Made by a program: the position numbers and the translations under genes. This document shows, piece by piece, positions 16,535-26,014 of a stretch of 39,343 bases of DNA. The notes beneath the pieces are model-generated. The model had not been told where the DNA came from and did no database searches. It saw nothing but the letters and a program-made list of their open reading frames with translations. Every line of letters begins with the position of its first letter. Within the stretch, counting starts at the first letter, position 1. The DNA is from an uncultured Alphaproteobacteria bacterium. GTDB lineage: Bacteria; Pseudomonadota; Alphaproteobacteria; TMED109. The stretch covers positions 1 through 39,343 of the forward strand of contig CAWVYV010000001.1 in the NCBI GenBank assembly GCA_963934475.1, written 5' to 3'.

Positions 16535-18127
16535 ATGAATGACTTAATAAAAAATATAGATAAAAGAAGAACTTTTGCTATTATTGCTCATCCAGATGCA
16601 GGGAAAACTACATTAACAGAAAAATTATTACTTTTTGGAGGTGCTATCCAACTCGCTGGCGCTGTAAAAGCTCGAGGAAACCAGAGAAGAGCTACCTCTG
16701 ACTGGATGAAAGTTGAAAGAGAACGAGGAATTTCTGTATCATCTTCAGTTATGACATTTGAATATAAAGATAAAATATTTAACTTGTTAGATACACCAGG
16801 GCATCAAGATTTTTCCGAAGATACTTATAGGGTTTTAACAGCAGTAGATTCCGCCGTAATGGTATTAGATGGAGCTCAGGGAATAGAAACCCAAACTAAA
16901 AAATTATTTGAAGTTTGCAGATTAAGAGATATGCCAATAACCACCTTTATAAATAAAATGGATAGAGAATCTAAAGATCCATTTGATTTGATTGATGAGA
17001 TAGAGCAAACTTTACAAATAGATGTTTGTCCTGTCAGTTGGCCAATAGGAATGGGCAGTCGCTTCTTAGGATGTTACGACCTAATTAAAGATCAATTAAT
17101 TTTAATTAACAAAACAGACAAAAATAAAAAACCAGAAATAATAGATACCTTAAAAGGAATAAATGATAGCGCTTTAGAAGAAAAATTACCTAAAGAAGCA
17201 TTAAAAGAACTAAGAGAACAAGTAGAAATGGTTAAAGGCTTATGCAAACCTTTTAATAAAGAATCATACCTTGCAGGAAATTTAACACCTATATATTTTG
17301 GAAGTGCAGTAAATACTTTTGGAGTACAGGAACTATTAAATGGCCTTACAGAAATAACTCCAAAACCTAGAAAGCAACCTTCTTTAGAAAGATATATAGA
17401 CCCTGAAGAAAACAAAGTATCTGGTTTTATTTTTAAAATTCAAGCAAATATGGACCCAAAACATAGGGACAGAATTGCTTTTATGCGTTTATGTTCAGGT
17501 CATTTTAAGAGGGGTATGAAATTAAAACAATTAAGAACAGAAAAAAGTATAACACTACATAATGCTATATTATTTTTAGCACAAGATAGAGAATTAGCAG
17601 AAGAAGCCTTTGCAGGAGATATAATTGGTATACCAAATCATGGCAATCTGCATATTGGAGATTCTTTAACTGAAGGAGAAATTTTAACATTTACAGGCCT
17701 TCCGAGTTTTGCACCAGAGTTTCTTCAGAAAGTTAGACCTGAGGATCCAATGTTAACAAAACATCTCTCAAAAGCATTATTACAACTTGCAGAAGAAGGT
17801 GCCGTATCTATTTTTAAAAGACACTTTGGGGGTGAATGGATAGTTGGAGTAATCGGCCAATTACAATTTGAAGTATTAGCAGATAGAATACGAACAGAGT
17901 ATGAAGTGCCCGTAATATTTGAAAATAGCAGCCTTATTACTGCAAGATGGCTAGAATGTAAAAACTCAAATACTTTAAATAATTTTTTAAAAAAACATAT
18001 AGATGCAACATGTGATGATCACAAAGGAAATCCAGTATTCTTAGCAAGAAATAATTGGCATTTAGACCATACGATAGACGAGTGGCCAGACATCAAGTTT
18101 GTAAAAGTTAAAGAAAATAGTAATTAA
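16535..18127 (+). CDS. prfC: peptide chain release factor 3
   Basis: 530-aa ORF with GTPase motifs AIIAHPDAGKTT, DTPGHQDF and NKMD, and the RF3-type N-terminus RRTFAIIAHPDAGKTTLTEKLLLFGGAIQLAG. Confidence 0.95.
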   Translation: MNDLIKNIDKRRTFAIIAHPDAGKTTLTEKLLLFGGAIQLAGAVKARGNQRRATSDWMKVERERGISVSSSVMTFEYKDKIFNLLDTPGHQDFSEDTYRVLTAVDSAVMVLDGAQGIETQTKKLFEVCRLRDMPITTFINKMDRESKDPFDLIDEIEQTLQIDVCPVSWPIGMGSRFLGCYDLIKDQLILINKTDKNKKPEIIDTLKGINDSALEEKLPKEALKELREQVEMVKGLCKPFNKESYLAGNLTPIYFGSAVNTFGVQELLNGLTEITPKPRKQPSLERYIDPEENKVSGFIFKIQANMDPKHRDRIAFMRLCSGHFKRGMKLKQLRTEKSITLHNAILFLAQDRELAEEAFAGDIIGIPNHGNLHIGDSLTEGEILTFTGLPSFAPEFLQKVRPEDPMLTKHLSKALLQLAEEGAVSIFKRHFGGEWIVGVIGQLQFEVLADRIRTEYEVPVIFENSSLITARWLECKNSNTLNNFLKKHIDATCDDHKGNPVFLARNNWHLDHTIDEWPDIKFVKVKENSN

Positions 18128-19348
18128 TTATCTTTTGATATTAGCCCTAATATTAGGCAAACCAAATTCTTGAAAACAAATTTCTGCTAATTGATTAATA
18201 CCTTCTTTAATAGTCTGCTCTGAAGGATTTGCAAAACATAATCTTATTTTATGATCTCCATCTCCTGGGTTACTAACCCATTCTGAGCCAGGGTTTAATG
18301 CAATACCTTTTTTTAAAGCTGCTTCATATAATTTATTTGTATCTATACTATCTGGAAAAGTTATCCAAATAAATATTCCACCCATTGGAACATCAAATTC
18401 AGCAATAGAACCAAATTCAAGCTCTAATGATTTAACCATAATATCACACTTTCTTTTTAATTCTTTTACTAAAGATAAAGTGTGGTTTTTATAATTATTT
18501 ATGCAAAAATCCGCTAAAATCATTTGCTCAATTGCACCAGAGCCACCATCATTTTTAAAACCTAATATTTTACTTATAACTTTCCAGCTAGCCACAATAT
18601 ATCCTACTCTTAATGCAGGAGCTAATGATTTGGAGAACGACCCACAATAAATAACTCTTTCATCTTTACACAAAGAATAGATAGATTTAGGCCTTTCTCT
18701 ATCCCAAGTTAAATCTGCATAACAGTCATCTTCTATAATAAGAAATTTATATTTTTCAGCAATTTCAAGTATTTTTTTTCTTCTATTTTCAGGCATAATA
18801 GTTGCTGTAGGGTTTTGTACAGTTGGTATGGTATATAAAAATTTTGGAATAATATTTTTTGATTTAAGTTTATCTAAAGTAGAAACTAAATTGTCTAAGC
18901 ATATACCATCTTTATCCAGCTTAATTCCAATATGGTTAACTCCTAAACTTTTTATTCTAGAAATTGCTCCACCATAAGTCGCTTCTTCAACTAGGACAGT
19001 ATCACCTGAATTTAACAATAATTTATTTATCAGATCAAGAGCCTGTAGTGAGCCTGAAGTTAGCAAAATATTATCTATAGAAATATTTATTCCTGTATAG
19101 TTCCCTAAATAAGAAACCAAAAACTCTCTTAATAATAAATTTCCTTGAGGACCACTATTATGTCCGTATAAAGCAAGGTTTTTACCTTCTGCTTTAATAA
19201 CTTTTTCTGCTGATTTTGCTAATTCAGCTATAGGTATACTTTCTTCTGAATTATGACCACCTACAAAATTATATTTAGGAAAACCTTTATAAATAGATAC
19301 AGAACTAGGCAAGACTTCAGAAAAAAAGTTTTCAACCTTAAAGCTCAT
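18128..19348 (-). CDS. PLP-dependent aminotransferase, class I/II fold
   Basis: 406-aa ORF with the PLP-lysine motif SFSKSLAPALRVGY, and IIEDDCY upstream. Its ATG overlaps the pncA stop (TAATG at 19346-19350). Confidence 0.85.
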   Translation of the reverse strand: MSFKVENFFSEVLPSSVSIYKGFPKYNFVGGHNSEESIPIAELAKSAEKVIKAEGKNLALYGHNSGPQGNLLLREFLVSYLGNYTGINISIDNILLTSGSLQALDLINKLLLNSGDTVLVEEATYGGAISRIKSLGVNHIGIKLDKDGICLDNLVSTLDKLKSKNIIPKFLYTIPTVQNPTATIMPENRRKKILEIAEKYKFLIIEDDCYADLTWDRERPKSIYSLCKDERVIYCGSFSKSLAPALRVGYIVASWKVISKILGFKNDGGSGAIEQMILADFCINNYKNHTLSLVKELKRKCDIMVKSLELEFGSIAEFDVPMGGIFIWITFPDSIDTNKLYEAALKKGIALNPGSEWVSNPGDGDHKIRLCFANPSEQTIKEGINQLAEICFQEFGLPNIRANIKR

Positions 19349-20073
19349 TATACATTTATTCTATTAATTTTATGCTTATTAAAAGCTTTAAATGTAGAAT
19401 CAATAGAACCTGGTAAGTCCACAGGCTTTGTTGCATTCATAATTACAAAAGTCTCAAAGCCAGCAATTGTTGAATCTATAGCGCTAAAAGCCACACAAAA
19501 ATCTAAAGCTAAACCACAAACAAATACACGTTTTATTCCCATTGATTTCATATTGCCTTCAAGCCCTGTAGGAGTAACCCTATCATTTTCCCAAAAAGCA
19601 GAATATGAATCAATTTCTCTTCTAAAACCTTTGCGTATGATAGTATTTGCTTTTAAAGTATTTAAATCTTTATGAAACTCTGCCCCATTAGTTCCTTGGA
19701 CACAATGAGAAGGCCAAATAGTTTGGTTTCCATAAGGCATTTTTATCGATGAAAAAACTTCTTTATCTTTATATTCTGTAACAAAAGAACTATGGTTTTT
19801 TGGGTGCCAATCTTGTGTCAGAACAACATTTTTAAATTTTTCTTGAATGGAGTTAATATTTTTAATAATCTTATTGCCTTCTTTTACAGCTAAGCTCCCA
19901 CCTGGGCAAAAATCATTCTGCACATCAATTATTAATAATATATCTGTTTCCATACCCATATTTAATGGTGCAAGATTTTCAGAAGCAGAAACTGTTGAAA
20001 TCATACTTCCTGTATATGAAAACATAGAAGTGGCTAATGTCGTTTTTATAAAATTTCTTCTATTTAAAGGCAT
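19348..20073 (-). CDS. pncA: nicotinamidase / pyrazinamidase (isochorismatase family) with twin-arginine signal peptide
   Basis: 241-aa ORF with PncA motifs LLIIDVQNDFCPGGSLAV, QDWHPKNHSSF and the catalytic Cys in VCGLALDFCV. The N-terminus MPLNRRNFIKTTLATSMFSYTGSMISTVSASE is a textbook Tat signal. Confidence 0.8.
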   Translation of the reverse strand: MPLNRRNFIKTTLATSMFSYTGSMISTVSASENLAPLNMGMETDILLIIDVQNDFCPGGSLAVKEGNKIIKNINSIQEKFKNVVLTQDWHPKNHSSFVTEYKDKEVFSSIKMPYGNQTIWPSHCVQGTNGAEFHKDLNTLKANTIIRKGFRREIDSYSAFWENDRVTPTGLEGNMKSMGIKRVFVCGLALDFCVAFSAIDSTIAGFETFVIMNATKPVDLPGSIDSTFKAFNKHKINRINV

Positions 20074-20198
20074 ATAAATTTTCCATTTATTAAAAAACTG
20101 AAATTCAGTGTAGCATATTAGAAGTTAATATAATATATTTTAAATAATTTTTATCAAATAAAATATACAAATTTTGTAATACAATAGTTAGAAATAAT

Positions 20199-21341
20199 AT
20201 GAAAAAAATAATGCTCCTTGGATCTGGTGAACTTGGGAAAGAAGTTATTATAAGTGCTCAAAGGCTTGGGTGTGAAGTAATAGCTGTAGATAGATATATT
20301 AATGCGCCAGGTATGCAAGTAGCTGATAAGCATGAAGTTATTAATATGTTAGATGAAGAAGAATTAAAGAGGTGTATAAATAAATATAATCCAGATATAA
20401 TAGTTCCAGAAATTGAAGCAATTAGAACTGAAGTTCTTTTAGATGTAGAAAAACAGGGCATAACCGTAATTCCTACAGCTAGAGCGGCTAACCTTACAAT
20501 GAACAGAGATAGAATAAGAGATTTAGCTAAATCTATAGGTCTACCTACTGCGAAATTTCAATATGCAGAGACTATAGAAGAATTTACTAAAGCAATCGAT
20601 AAAATTGGATTACCTTGCGTAGTTAAACCTGTTATGAGCAGTTCTGGAAAAGGACAAAGTACAATTAAATCTTCAGATGAAATTAATCAAGCTTGGAATA
20701 ATGCCATTTCTGGAGCAAGGGGTGATAGAGTAAGAATTATTATTGAAGAATTTATAAGTTTTGACTATGAAATAACTTTACTAACTGTAAAACAAAAAAA
20801 TGGTCCTACTGTATTTTGTCCTCCTATAGGTCATTACCAAGAACGAGGAGATTATCAATATAGTTGGCAACCTCAAGAAATGAAAAAAGAAGAAATTATT
20901 CAAGCACAGAAAATTGCTAAAAAAATTACTGATGAATTAGGTGGCATGGGTATATTTGGAGTTGAATTTTTTATAAAAGATAATAATGTAATTTTTAGTG
21001 AACTTAGCCCAAGACCACATGATACGGGCATGGTTACTATGAAAACTCAAAGATTAAGTGAGTTTGACTTACATGTTAGAGCATTTTTAGAACTACCTAT
21101 CACTCAAGAAATGATAGATAATAATTTTTCTTCAGGTGCTAGCCATGTAATTCTTGCGGATTCAGAAGGTGAAGTGGATTCATATAAAGGAGTTATTGAC
21201 GCATTATCTAACCCTAATATAGATATACGTATCTTTGGAAAATCAACAACAAAAAAACACAGAAGAATGGCTGTAGTCTTAGCTCCCTCGTTAAAAGAAG
21301 CAAAAGAAGCTGCTAATAAAATTAAAGTGATTATTAAATAA
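20199..21341 (+). CDS. purT: formate-dependent phosphoribosylglycinamide formyltransferase (GAR transformylase 2)
   Basis: 380-aa ORF, collinear with E. coli PurT as remembered: [52 protein letters not shown]. Confidence 0.9.
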   Translation: MKKIMLLGSGELGKEVIISAQRLGCEVIAVDRYINAPGMQVADKHEVINMLDEEELKRCINKYNPDIIVPEIEAIRTEVLLDVEKQGITVIPTARAANLTMNRDRIRDLAKSIGLPTAKFQYAETIEEFTKAIDKIGLPCVVKPVMSSSGKGQSTIKSSDEINQAWNNAISGARGDRVRIIIEEFISFDYEITLLTVKQKNGPTVFCPPIGHYQERGDYQYSWQPQEMKKEEIIQAQKIAKKITDELGGMGIFGVEFFIKDNNVIFSELSPRPHDTGMVTMKTQRLSEFDLHVRAFLELPITQEMIDNNFSSGASHVILADSEGEVDSYKGVIDALSNPNIDIRIFGKSTTKKHRRMAVVLAPSLKEAKEAANKIKVIIK

Positions 21342-21346
21342 TAAAG

Positions 21347-23149
21347 CTAAACTTCTTTAAGCAACCTATCCTCTAATTGTACTCTCTGTGCTTCTAACTC
21401 TTTTGGAAGAAAACTCTCAAACCTATCAAAATGTTCTTTAACCTCTTTTATTTCTTTTAAGCCCTCAGAACTAGGTACTTCAATTAAAGAATTAAATTTT
21501 TCTGAATCAAAGTCTAAGCCTGTCCAAGTAATATCTTCATAATTAGGAACTAATCCAAAACTATTATTTTTAGCACTTACTTCACCTTTAACTCTATCAA
21601 CAATCCATTTTATTATTCGCATATTCTCACCAAACCCAGGCCACATAAAATTGCCATTACTATCTTTTCTAAACCAATTCACTCTAAATATTTTTGGTGC
21701 TTTTTGACTATATTTTTGTCCTAAACCAATCCAATGTTTCCAATGCTCTGCCATATTATATCCACAGAATGGAAGCATAGCAAAAGGGTCTCTTCTTATA
21801 GAAGCCTGATTAATAGCTGCAGCAGTGGCCTCAGATCCCATAGTTGCAGCCATAAAAATACCATGATTCCAGTCATATGATTCATAAACTAATGGAAAAG
21901 TTTTTGACAACCTACCACCAAATACAAAAGCCTCAATTGGAACACCTTCTGGTTTTTCCCAATTTTTATCTAAAGACGGGCATTGTGCAGATGGTACGGT
22001 AAAACGAGCATTAGGATGCGCTGCTTTAATTTTACTATTAGGAGTCCAATCATTTCCTTGCCAATCTATTACATGGCTTGGAACATCTCCATCCATACCT
22101 TCCCACCATACATCTCCATCATCTGTCAATGCAACATTAGTAAAAATACAGTTAGACTTTAGCATTTCCATTGCATTAGGGTTAGTCTTATATGATGTTC
22201 CAGGAGCCACTCCAAAAAAACCTGCTTCAGGATTAATAGCTCTAAAAGTACCATCAGCTGAAGGCTTTATCCACGCAATGTCATCACCTACTGTTTTAAC
22301 TTTCCAACCTTCAAAACATTCAGGTGGCATCATCATTGCTAAATTTGTTTTTCCACAAGCGCTTGGAAAAGCTGCTCCAATATAAGTGGTCTCTCCTTTA
22401 GGATTCTCTAAACCTAAGATTAGCATATGTTCTGCTAACCAACCTTCTTCATTTGCCATTTTAGACGCAATTCTAAGTGCGAAACATTTCTTTCCTAAAA
22501 GAGCATTACCTCCATATCCTGAACCGTAAGACCAAATTGACCTTTCTTCAGGAAAATGGACTATATATTTATCCTCAGGGTTAGGTGCACATGGCCAACT
22601 AATATCTTTTTGATTGGAGTCAAGTGGCATTCCTACAGAATGCATGCATTTTATGAAATTACCTTTATCTCCTAATACATCTAAAGCTTCCTTACCCATT
22701 CTTGTCATAATTCTCTGATTAACAACTACATAAGGACTATCTGAAATTTGGATACCAATATGAGAAATAGGTGAATTTAAAGGGCCCATTGAAAAGGGAA
22801 TAATATACATTGTTCTGCCTGACATACAGCCAGCAAACAGGCCATCTAATTTAGATTTCATAGAACTAATATCAGACCAATTATTTGTAGGGCCAACATC
22901 ATCTTTTGAAGACGTGCATATAAATGTTCTATCTTCAACTCTTGCAACATCACTAGGGTGAGAACGAGCTAGAAAACAATTCTTTCTTTTATTATTATTT
23001 AATCTAATAAAGGTTCCAGCATCAACCATTTCATCACAAAGACTATCATACTCTTCTTGAGAGCCATCACACCAATAGACATTTTTTGGTGTACATAAAT
23101 CTTTAATTTCAGCAACCCATTTATTTAAAGCTTGGTTATTACTGGTCAT
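21347..23149 (-). CDS. pckG: phosphoenolpyruvate carboxykinase (GTP)
   Basis: 600-aa ORF with [13 protein letters not shown] (kinase-1a), [18 protein letters not shown] and WMRFG-like regions typical of GTP-PEPCK. Confidence 0.95.
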   Translation of the reverse strand: MTSNNQALNKWVAEIKDLCTPKNVYWCDGSQEEYDSLCDEMVDAGTFIRLNNNKRKNCFLARSHPSDVARVEDRTFICTSSKDDVGPTNNWSDISSMKSKLDGLFAGCMSGRTMYIIPFSMGPLNSPISHIGIQISDSPYVVVNQRIMTRMGKEALDVLGDKGNFIKCMHSVGMPLDSNQKDISWPCAPNPEDKYIVHFPEERSIWSYGSGYGGNALLGKKCFALRIASKMANEEGWLAEHMLILGLENPKGETTYIGAAFPSACGKTNLAMMMPPECFEGWKVKTVGDDIAWIKPSADGTFRAINPEAGFFGVAPGTSYKTNPNAMEMLKSNCIFTNVALTDDGDVWWEGMDGDVPSHVIDWQGNDWTPNSKIKAAHPNARFTVPSAQCPSLDKNWEKPEGVPIEAFVFGGRLSKTFPLVYESYDWNHGIFMAATMGSEATAAAINQASIRRDPFAMLPFCGYNMAEHWKHWIGLGQKYSQKAPKIFRVNWFRKDSNGNFMWPGFGENMRIIKWIVDRVKGEVSAKNNSFGLVPNYEDITWTGLDFDSEKFNSLIEVPSSEGLKEIKEVKEHFDRFESFLPKELEAQRVQLEDRLLKEV

Positions 23150-23344
23150 GTGAAATCCTTAATTATATATAAAAATAAGGTTCATTAGAAACATGAATCT
23201 GAAAGGAAATCAACACAAAAAATTACAAATTTATTACATTAAAATTAAATATTAATTTAATCATAATATTTTTTATTAAAACCCAATATAAATGAATAAT
23301 AATAAGAATTAATTACTAAATGTATTTATTAAAAATTTAAAATC

Positions 23345-23470
23345 TTAATCTTCGTTTTTAGATTCTATACTATTTTTTTTCTTATTCTTAATTCTCTTAT
23401 AGATAGTCAAAGCACCTCCAACTAGCACCAAAGAAACTAACGTTTTTCCTATCATTCTTGTAATAAACAT
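23345..23470 (-). CDS. 41-aa single-TM peptide (hypothetical)
   Basis: Not in the track; translated by hand as MFITRMIGKTLVSLVLVGGALTIYKRIKNKKKNSIESKNED. The ATG is preceded by AGGTGAAAA. One hydrophobic helix and a basic tail. Confidence 0.35.
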   Translation of the reverse strand: MFITRMIGKTLVSLVLVGGALTIYKRIKNKKKNSIESKNED

Positions 23471-23562
23471 TTTTCACCTAATATTAAAATTAAATAACAA
23501 TTATATATAGTTTAAAACATATAAATAATAATTAGAAGTTCTATTAAAAATAAGGCTATTAA

Positions 23563-24558
23563 CTAATCAAAATTATTACCATTAGGAGTAACAATTATTT
23601 TACCACTTCTTCCATAAGTTGCTGCATGTGCAACGGCATCTTTTATATCTTCAAGTGCATAAGTCTTTTCAACCGGCACATGAATAACCTTACTTTCCAT
23701 TAAATTTGCTAAATATTTATACATATCACTTATTTCTTTCTTATCCATTCTTTGAAGCCAGGGCATTAGCCAAAACCCCGTTAGTATCAAACGCTTAAAT
23801 ACTGTTTGATTCGATGATATTTCAATATTCTTTCCTGATAAAAGTCCATAGTTTAAAATTGTAGCTTCATCATCCAAACAGTCTCCAATCCTCAAGACTT
23901 GATCACCACCTACTGCATCTATAGCCAATTTAACATTACCATTATTAGTTAAACTTTTTACAGATTTAGACAATTCACTATTATCTAAAAGAACAATATC
24001 TGCTCCAATGTTTTTTAGTGCTTTATCTAATCCTTCCCTTCTAACAATATTTATTGTTTTTAAGCCTAAATTTTTAGCAATACTAATCACGCAGTTTCCA
24101 ACGCCTGAATTAGCTGCATCCTGTATTACCCAATCACCTTTCTGCAATTGAACATATTTTTTAAGCATTAAAAAAGCAGTTGCTGGATTAACTTTCATCA
24201 TAGACAGCTGAAGAATATCTACATTTTTAGGTAACAGTACTAAATTACTTTCTAAAACTAATTTTTGCTGCACCCAATTTTCTCTATCAAGAGGAAGAAC
24301 AATATCACCTACCTTGAAGCCTTGCACATTTTTACCTATTTTATTAACTTTGCCTACAGACTCCGCACCTAATTTTGAAGGCAATTCATATTTTACGCCG
24401 TATTTACCCTCTAATATTAAAACATCAGCTGGATTAATAGGAAATGCTAATATATCAACCAACACCTCATTTTCTTTAGGGTCTCCTAAATCAGGCGCTT
24501 CAACGCATTCAATAACCTGTTCTGGTTGGCCAACAGATGCAAATTGTGCAATTTTCAT
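23563..24558 (-). CDS. MDR-superfamily NAD(P)H-dependent enoyl reductase / quinone oxidoreductase (ETR/MECR-like)
   Basis: The track ORF runs to 24612. I prefer the ATG at 24556-24558 (MKIAQFASVGQPEQ...), which is preceded by AAGGAAATAAT. Motifs include INPADVLILEGKYG and the nucleotide-binding AANSGVGNCVISIAK. Confidence 0.85.
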   Translation of the reverse strand: MKIAQFASVGQPEQVIECVEAPDLGDPKENEVLVDILAFPINPADVLILEGKYGVKYELPSKLGAESVGKVNKIGKNVQGFKVGDIVLPLDRENWVQQKLVLESNLVLLPKNVDILQLSMMKVNPATAFLMLKKYVQLQKGDWVIQDAANSGVGNCVISIAKNLGLKTINIVRREGLDKALKNIGADIVLLDNSELSKSVKSLTNNGNVKLAIDAVGGDQVLRIGDCLDDEATILNYGLLSGKNIEISSNQTVFKRLILTGFWLMPWLQRMDKKEISDMYKYLANLMESKVIHVPVEKTYALEDIKDAVAHAATYGRSGKIIVTPNGNNFD

Positions 24559-24648
24559 ATTATTTCCTTTTTTATATTTAGTATAGTAGATACAAATAAA
24601 TAAGAATATCATTCTTAAATTAAAATTAAAATAAATAAAGAGATTTAT

Positions 24649-25308
24649 ATGAGTTTATTTCTTAAAATATTAAACAATAATTTATATAAAGCTATAGAAC
24701 TTATTCTACTTAGCTCCATTCTTCCCTATGTAGTATTAGTATTAAAACTATATAATTTTGTCTTGCCTGTATTATGGATAGTTAGCATTTATTGTCTTTT
24801 AGTTTATTATATCGATAAGCAAAATATTAGATTTAAATTAAAAAGTATTTTTAATCTAAATCTTCAGGTTTTATTAAATATAATAATAAGATGGATAATT
24901 TTAAGCTTTATATTATTCTTAATTACCTATTATTTTTTTAATGATAAGCTATTTATTATTCAAAAAAATAACCCAGAAATTTTATGGAAGATAATGATAT
25001 TGTATCCAATTTTTTCTGCCCTTCCTCAAGAATTTATATTTTGTAAATTTTTCTTTTATAGATATAAAAGTTTTTTTAAAAGCAAAACAACATTAGTTAT
25101 AGCAAGCACTTTATGTTTTGCTATTGCTCACATTCTATTCTTAAATCTTATAGCACCTATATTAAGCTTAATAGGTGGATTCTTATTTGCTAACTCTTAT
25201 AGAAAACATAAATCTTTATTACTAGTTTCTATTGAACATGGCTTATATGGCAATACACTATTTTTTGTTGGCTTAGGATGGTATTTTTGGGGAGGAAGTC
25301 TTGCGTAA
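24649..25308 (+). CDS. CPBP family (CAAX protease / Abi) intramembrane glutamic endopeptidase
   Basis: 219-aa polytopic ORF with CPBP motifs in order: PQEFIFCKFFFYR (degenerate EExxxR), FAIAH and EHGLYGN (HxxxN). Confidence 0.7.
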   Translation: MSLFLKILNNNLYKAIELILLSSILPYVVLVLKLYNFVLPVLWIVSIYCLLVYYIDKQNIRFKLKSIFNLNLQVLLNIIIRWIILSFILFLITYYFFNDKLFIIQKNNPEILWKIMILYPIFSALPQEFIFCKFFFYRYKSFFKSKTTLVIASTLCFAIAHILFLNLIAPILSLIGGFLFANSYRKHKSLLLVSIEHGLYGNTLFFVGLGWYFWGGSLA

Positions 25309-25929
25309 ATTGTTTTTATAAAAAAACATAATCAGCATAAACAATACACAACTATTTAAAATATGCCATACAAAATGCGTTCCATATAAATTAAATTCAC
25401 AGGTATATAGATCTAAAGCTCTGAAGAATATTGATAATGTAAACATTAAGTTTGCTATCAGCAAATATAGTCTGCTTTGTATAGCTTTAAAGAATGTATA
25501 AAAATATATTATATAAAGGTGCAGTAGAATTATAATATAAAAACTAGAATCTCCTAAGAATGGAACATTCTGTTTTAAAATATTACCCAGATAATAATAT
25601 AATATGGGAGCAAAAAGCGAAAAAAGCAAAGAAGTAATTTTTGAATGTTTAAAAATAAAATTATTAATTGAAAACAGATACATTAAAATAAATATTAATA
25701 TAAAAAACATATCCATAGTACCAGTTATTCTATTTGGTACTGAATGAAAAAGAAGACTAGATACACCAATACTAAATATTAAAACTGAAAATATAATAGA
25801 AAATTTTTCTTCTCTAAATTTTTTAAAGATTAAAAATGAAATTATTATAAATGCTAAATTAGTTAAGCTATTTAGAGGTTCTGATAATATTCCATCTGTA
25901 GTTCTTTCACAATAATAATACATACTCAC
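25273..25929 (-). CDS. alkaline ceramidase-fold (CREST superfamily) membrane protein
   Basis: 218-aa 7-TM-like ORF. YCERTTDGILSEPLNSLTNLAF, GVSSLLFHS, TMDMF and THFVWHILNS match the ceramidase family pattern (CE..EP.N..SN; GS..FH; D; HxxxH) as remembered. Confidence 0.6.
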   Translation of the reverse strand: MSMYYYCERTTDGILSEPLNSLTNLAFIIISFLIFKKFREEKFSIIFSVLIFSIGVSSLLFHSVPNRITGTMDMFFILIFILMYLFSINNFIFKHSKITSLLFSLFAPILYYYLGNILKQNVPFLGDSSFYIIILLHLYIIYFYTFFKAIQSRLYLLIANLMFTLSIFFRALDLYTCEFNLYGTHFVWHILNSCVLFMLIMFFYKNNLRKTSSPKIPS

Positions 25930-26014
25930 TCTTTAATGCTGACTAATAACGTTATTACTTGTTAGTAAAAAAGTATACACTACTTATTAATTTTTAAAAT
26001 AGAAATATATTTAT

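Noticed and set aside
20097-20109. 13-bp palindrome ACTGAA-A-TTCAGT in the pncA/purT divergent promoter, considered as a possible PurR-type operator.
   Set aside because: Six-bp arms are expected dozens of times by chance in 39 kb at this composition, and it does not resemble the PurR box I know. The same reasoning applies to the 15-bp AATAATACTATTATT palindrome upstream of prfC (about 16483-16497).
421-20461. Short ORFs in the track lying antisense within longer, well-supported genes: 421..630, 1417..1605, 3554..3844, 10720..11046, 11269..11553, 12965..13186, 13691..13885, 14163..14363, 17092..17415, 19253..19675, 19847..20077 and 20258..20461. The same applies to 24314..24586 and 32704..32901.
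   Set aside because: Each is fully embedded opposite a gene with strong family motifs. Their translations are low-complexity (Leu/Ser/Phe/Ile-rich), with no recognisable domain or ribosome-binding site. They are typical shadow ORFs of AT-rich DNA.
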